This document shows positions 63,906 through 64,000 of a DNA stretch of 64,000 nt, in pieces. The notes below the pieces were generated by a model, which had not been told where the DNA came from, made no database searches, and saw nothing but the letters and a program-made list of their open reading frames with translations. The DNA lies in contig NC_057719.1 of the NCBI RefSeq assembly GCF_004010195.1, positions 10,974,507-11,038,506 of the forward strand, given 5' to 3'. How positions within the stretch are numbered: the stretch's first letter is position 1; every line of letters starts with the position of its first letter. Both the position numbers and the translations under genes were made by a program. The DNA is from Chiloscyllium plagiosum (Eukaryota).

Positions 63906-64000
63906 TTATAACCATCTTACCATCCGACATCTGGTCATGTGGTACCTGATCAAGTGCCATCATTTATTGTAGTGGTGGTTTGAAAGAGCTGTATGTTGAA

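Noticed and set aside
37724..64000. Upstream ADCK1 exon
   Set aside because: I found no segment encoding the expected preceding kinase motif (LLMEF...G.VND type) by eye. It probably lies beyond the window, although a miss is possible.
1..64000. CRISPR array, retron or other prokaryotic system
   Set aside because: There are no regularly spaced repeat-spacer units or operon-like ORFs. All RT and nuclease fragments belong to eukaryotic retroelements.

Overview
This is vertebrate genomic DNA, most likely from a cartilaginous fish (shark). That assignment is inferred from the HE1-type V-SINEs, Deu-domain SINEs and CR1 and Penelope families present. The whole window lies inside one minus-strand host gene, ADCK1 (aarF/UbiB-family atypical kinase). 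Two consecutive phase-0 coding exons are visible: 37574-37723 (catalytic loop HCDPHPGN and DHG motif) and 4141-4338, separated by a 33.2-kb intron. The rest is intron, densely filled with decayed and young retroelements (several CR1 subfamilies, a CR1/L2-group LINE and its partner tRNA-SINE, Tx1/L1 remnants, Penelope-like elements, a probable solo LTR), plus two assembly gaps. The most notable observations are: (1) Penelope-derived termini carrying minimal hammerhead-ribozyme motifs, one with an intact core in the ADCK1 sense direction, and several short fold-back insertions with TSDs; (2) two composite elements with the layout CR1 5' piece - foreign DNA - CR1 3' piece; (3) an inverted copy of a CR1 tail plus ~300 bp of its flank 38 kb away; (4) a tandem stack of Tx1-like 3' ends sharing a repeated target motif; (5) short locally templated duplications. 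I see no prokaryotic system or CRISPR array. Repeat boundaries were read by eye and are approximate unless a TSD or splice site is quoted.
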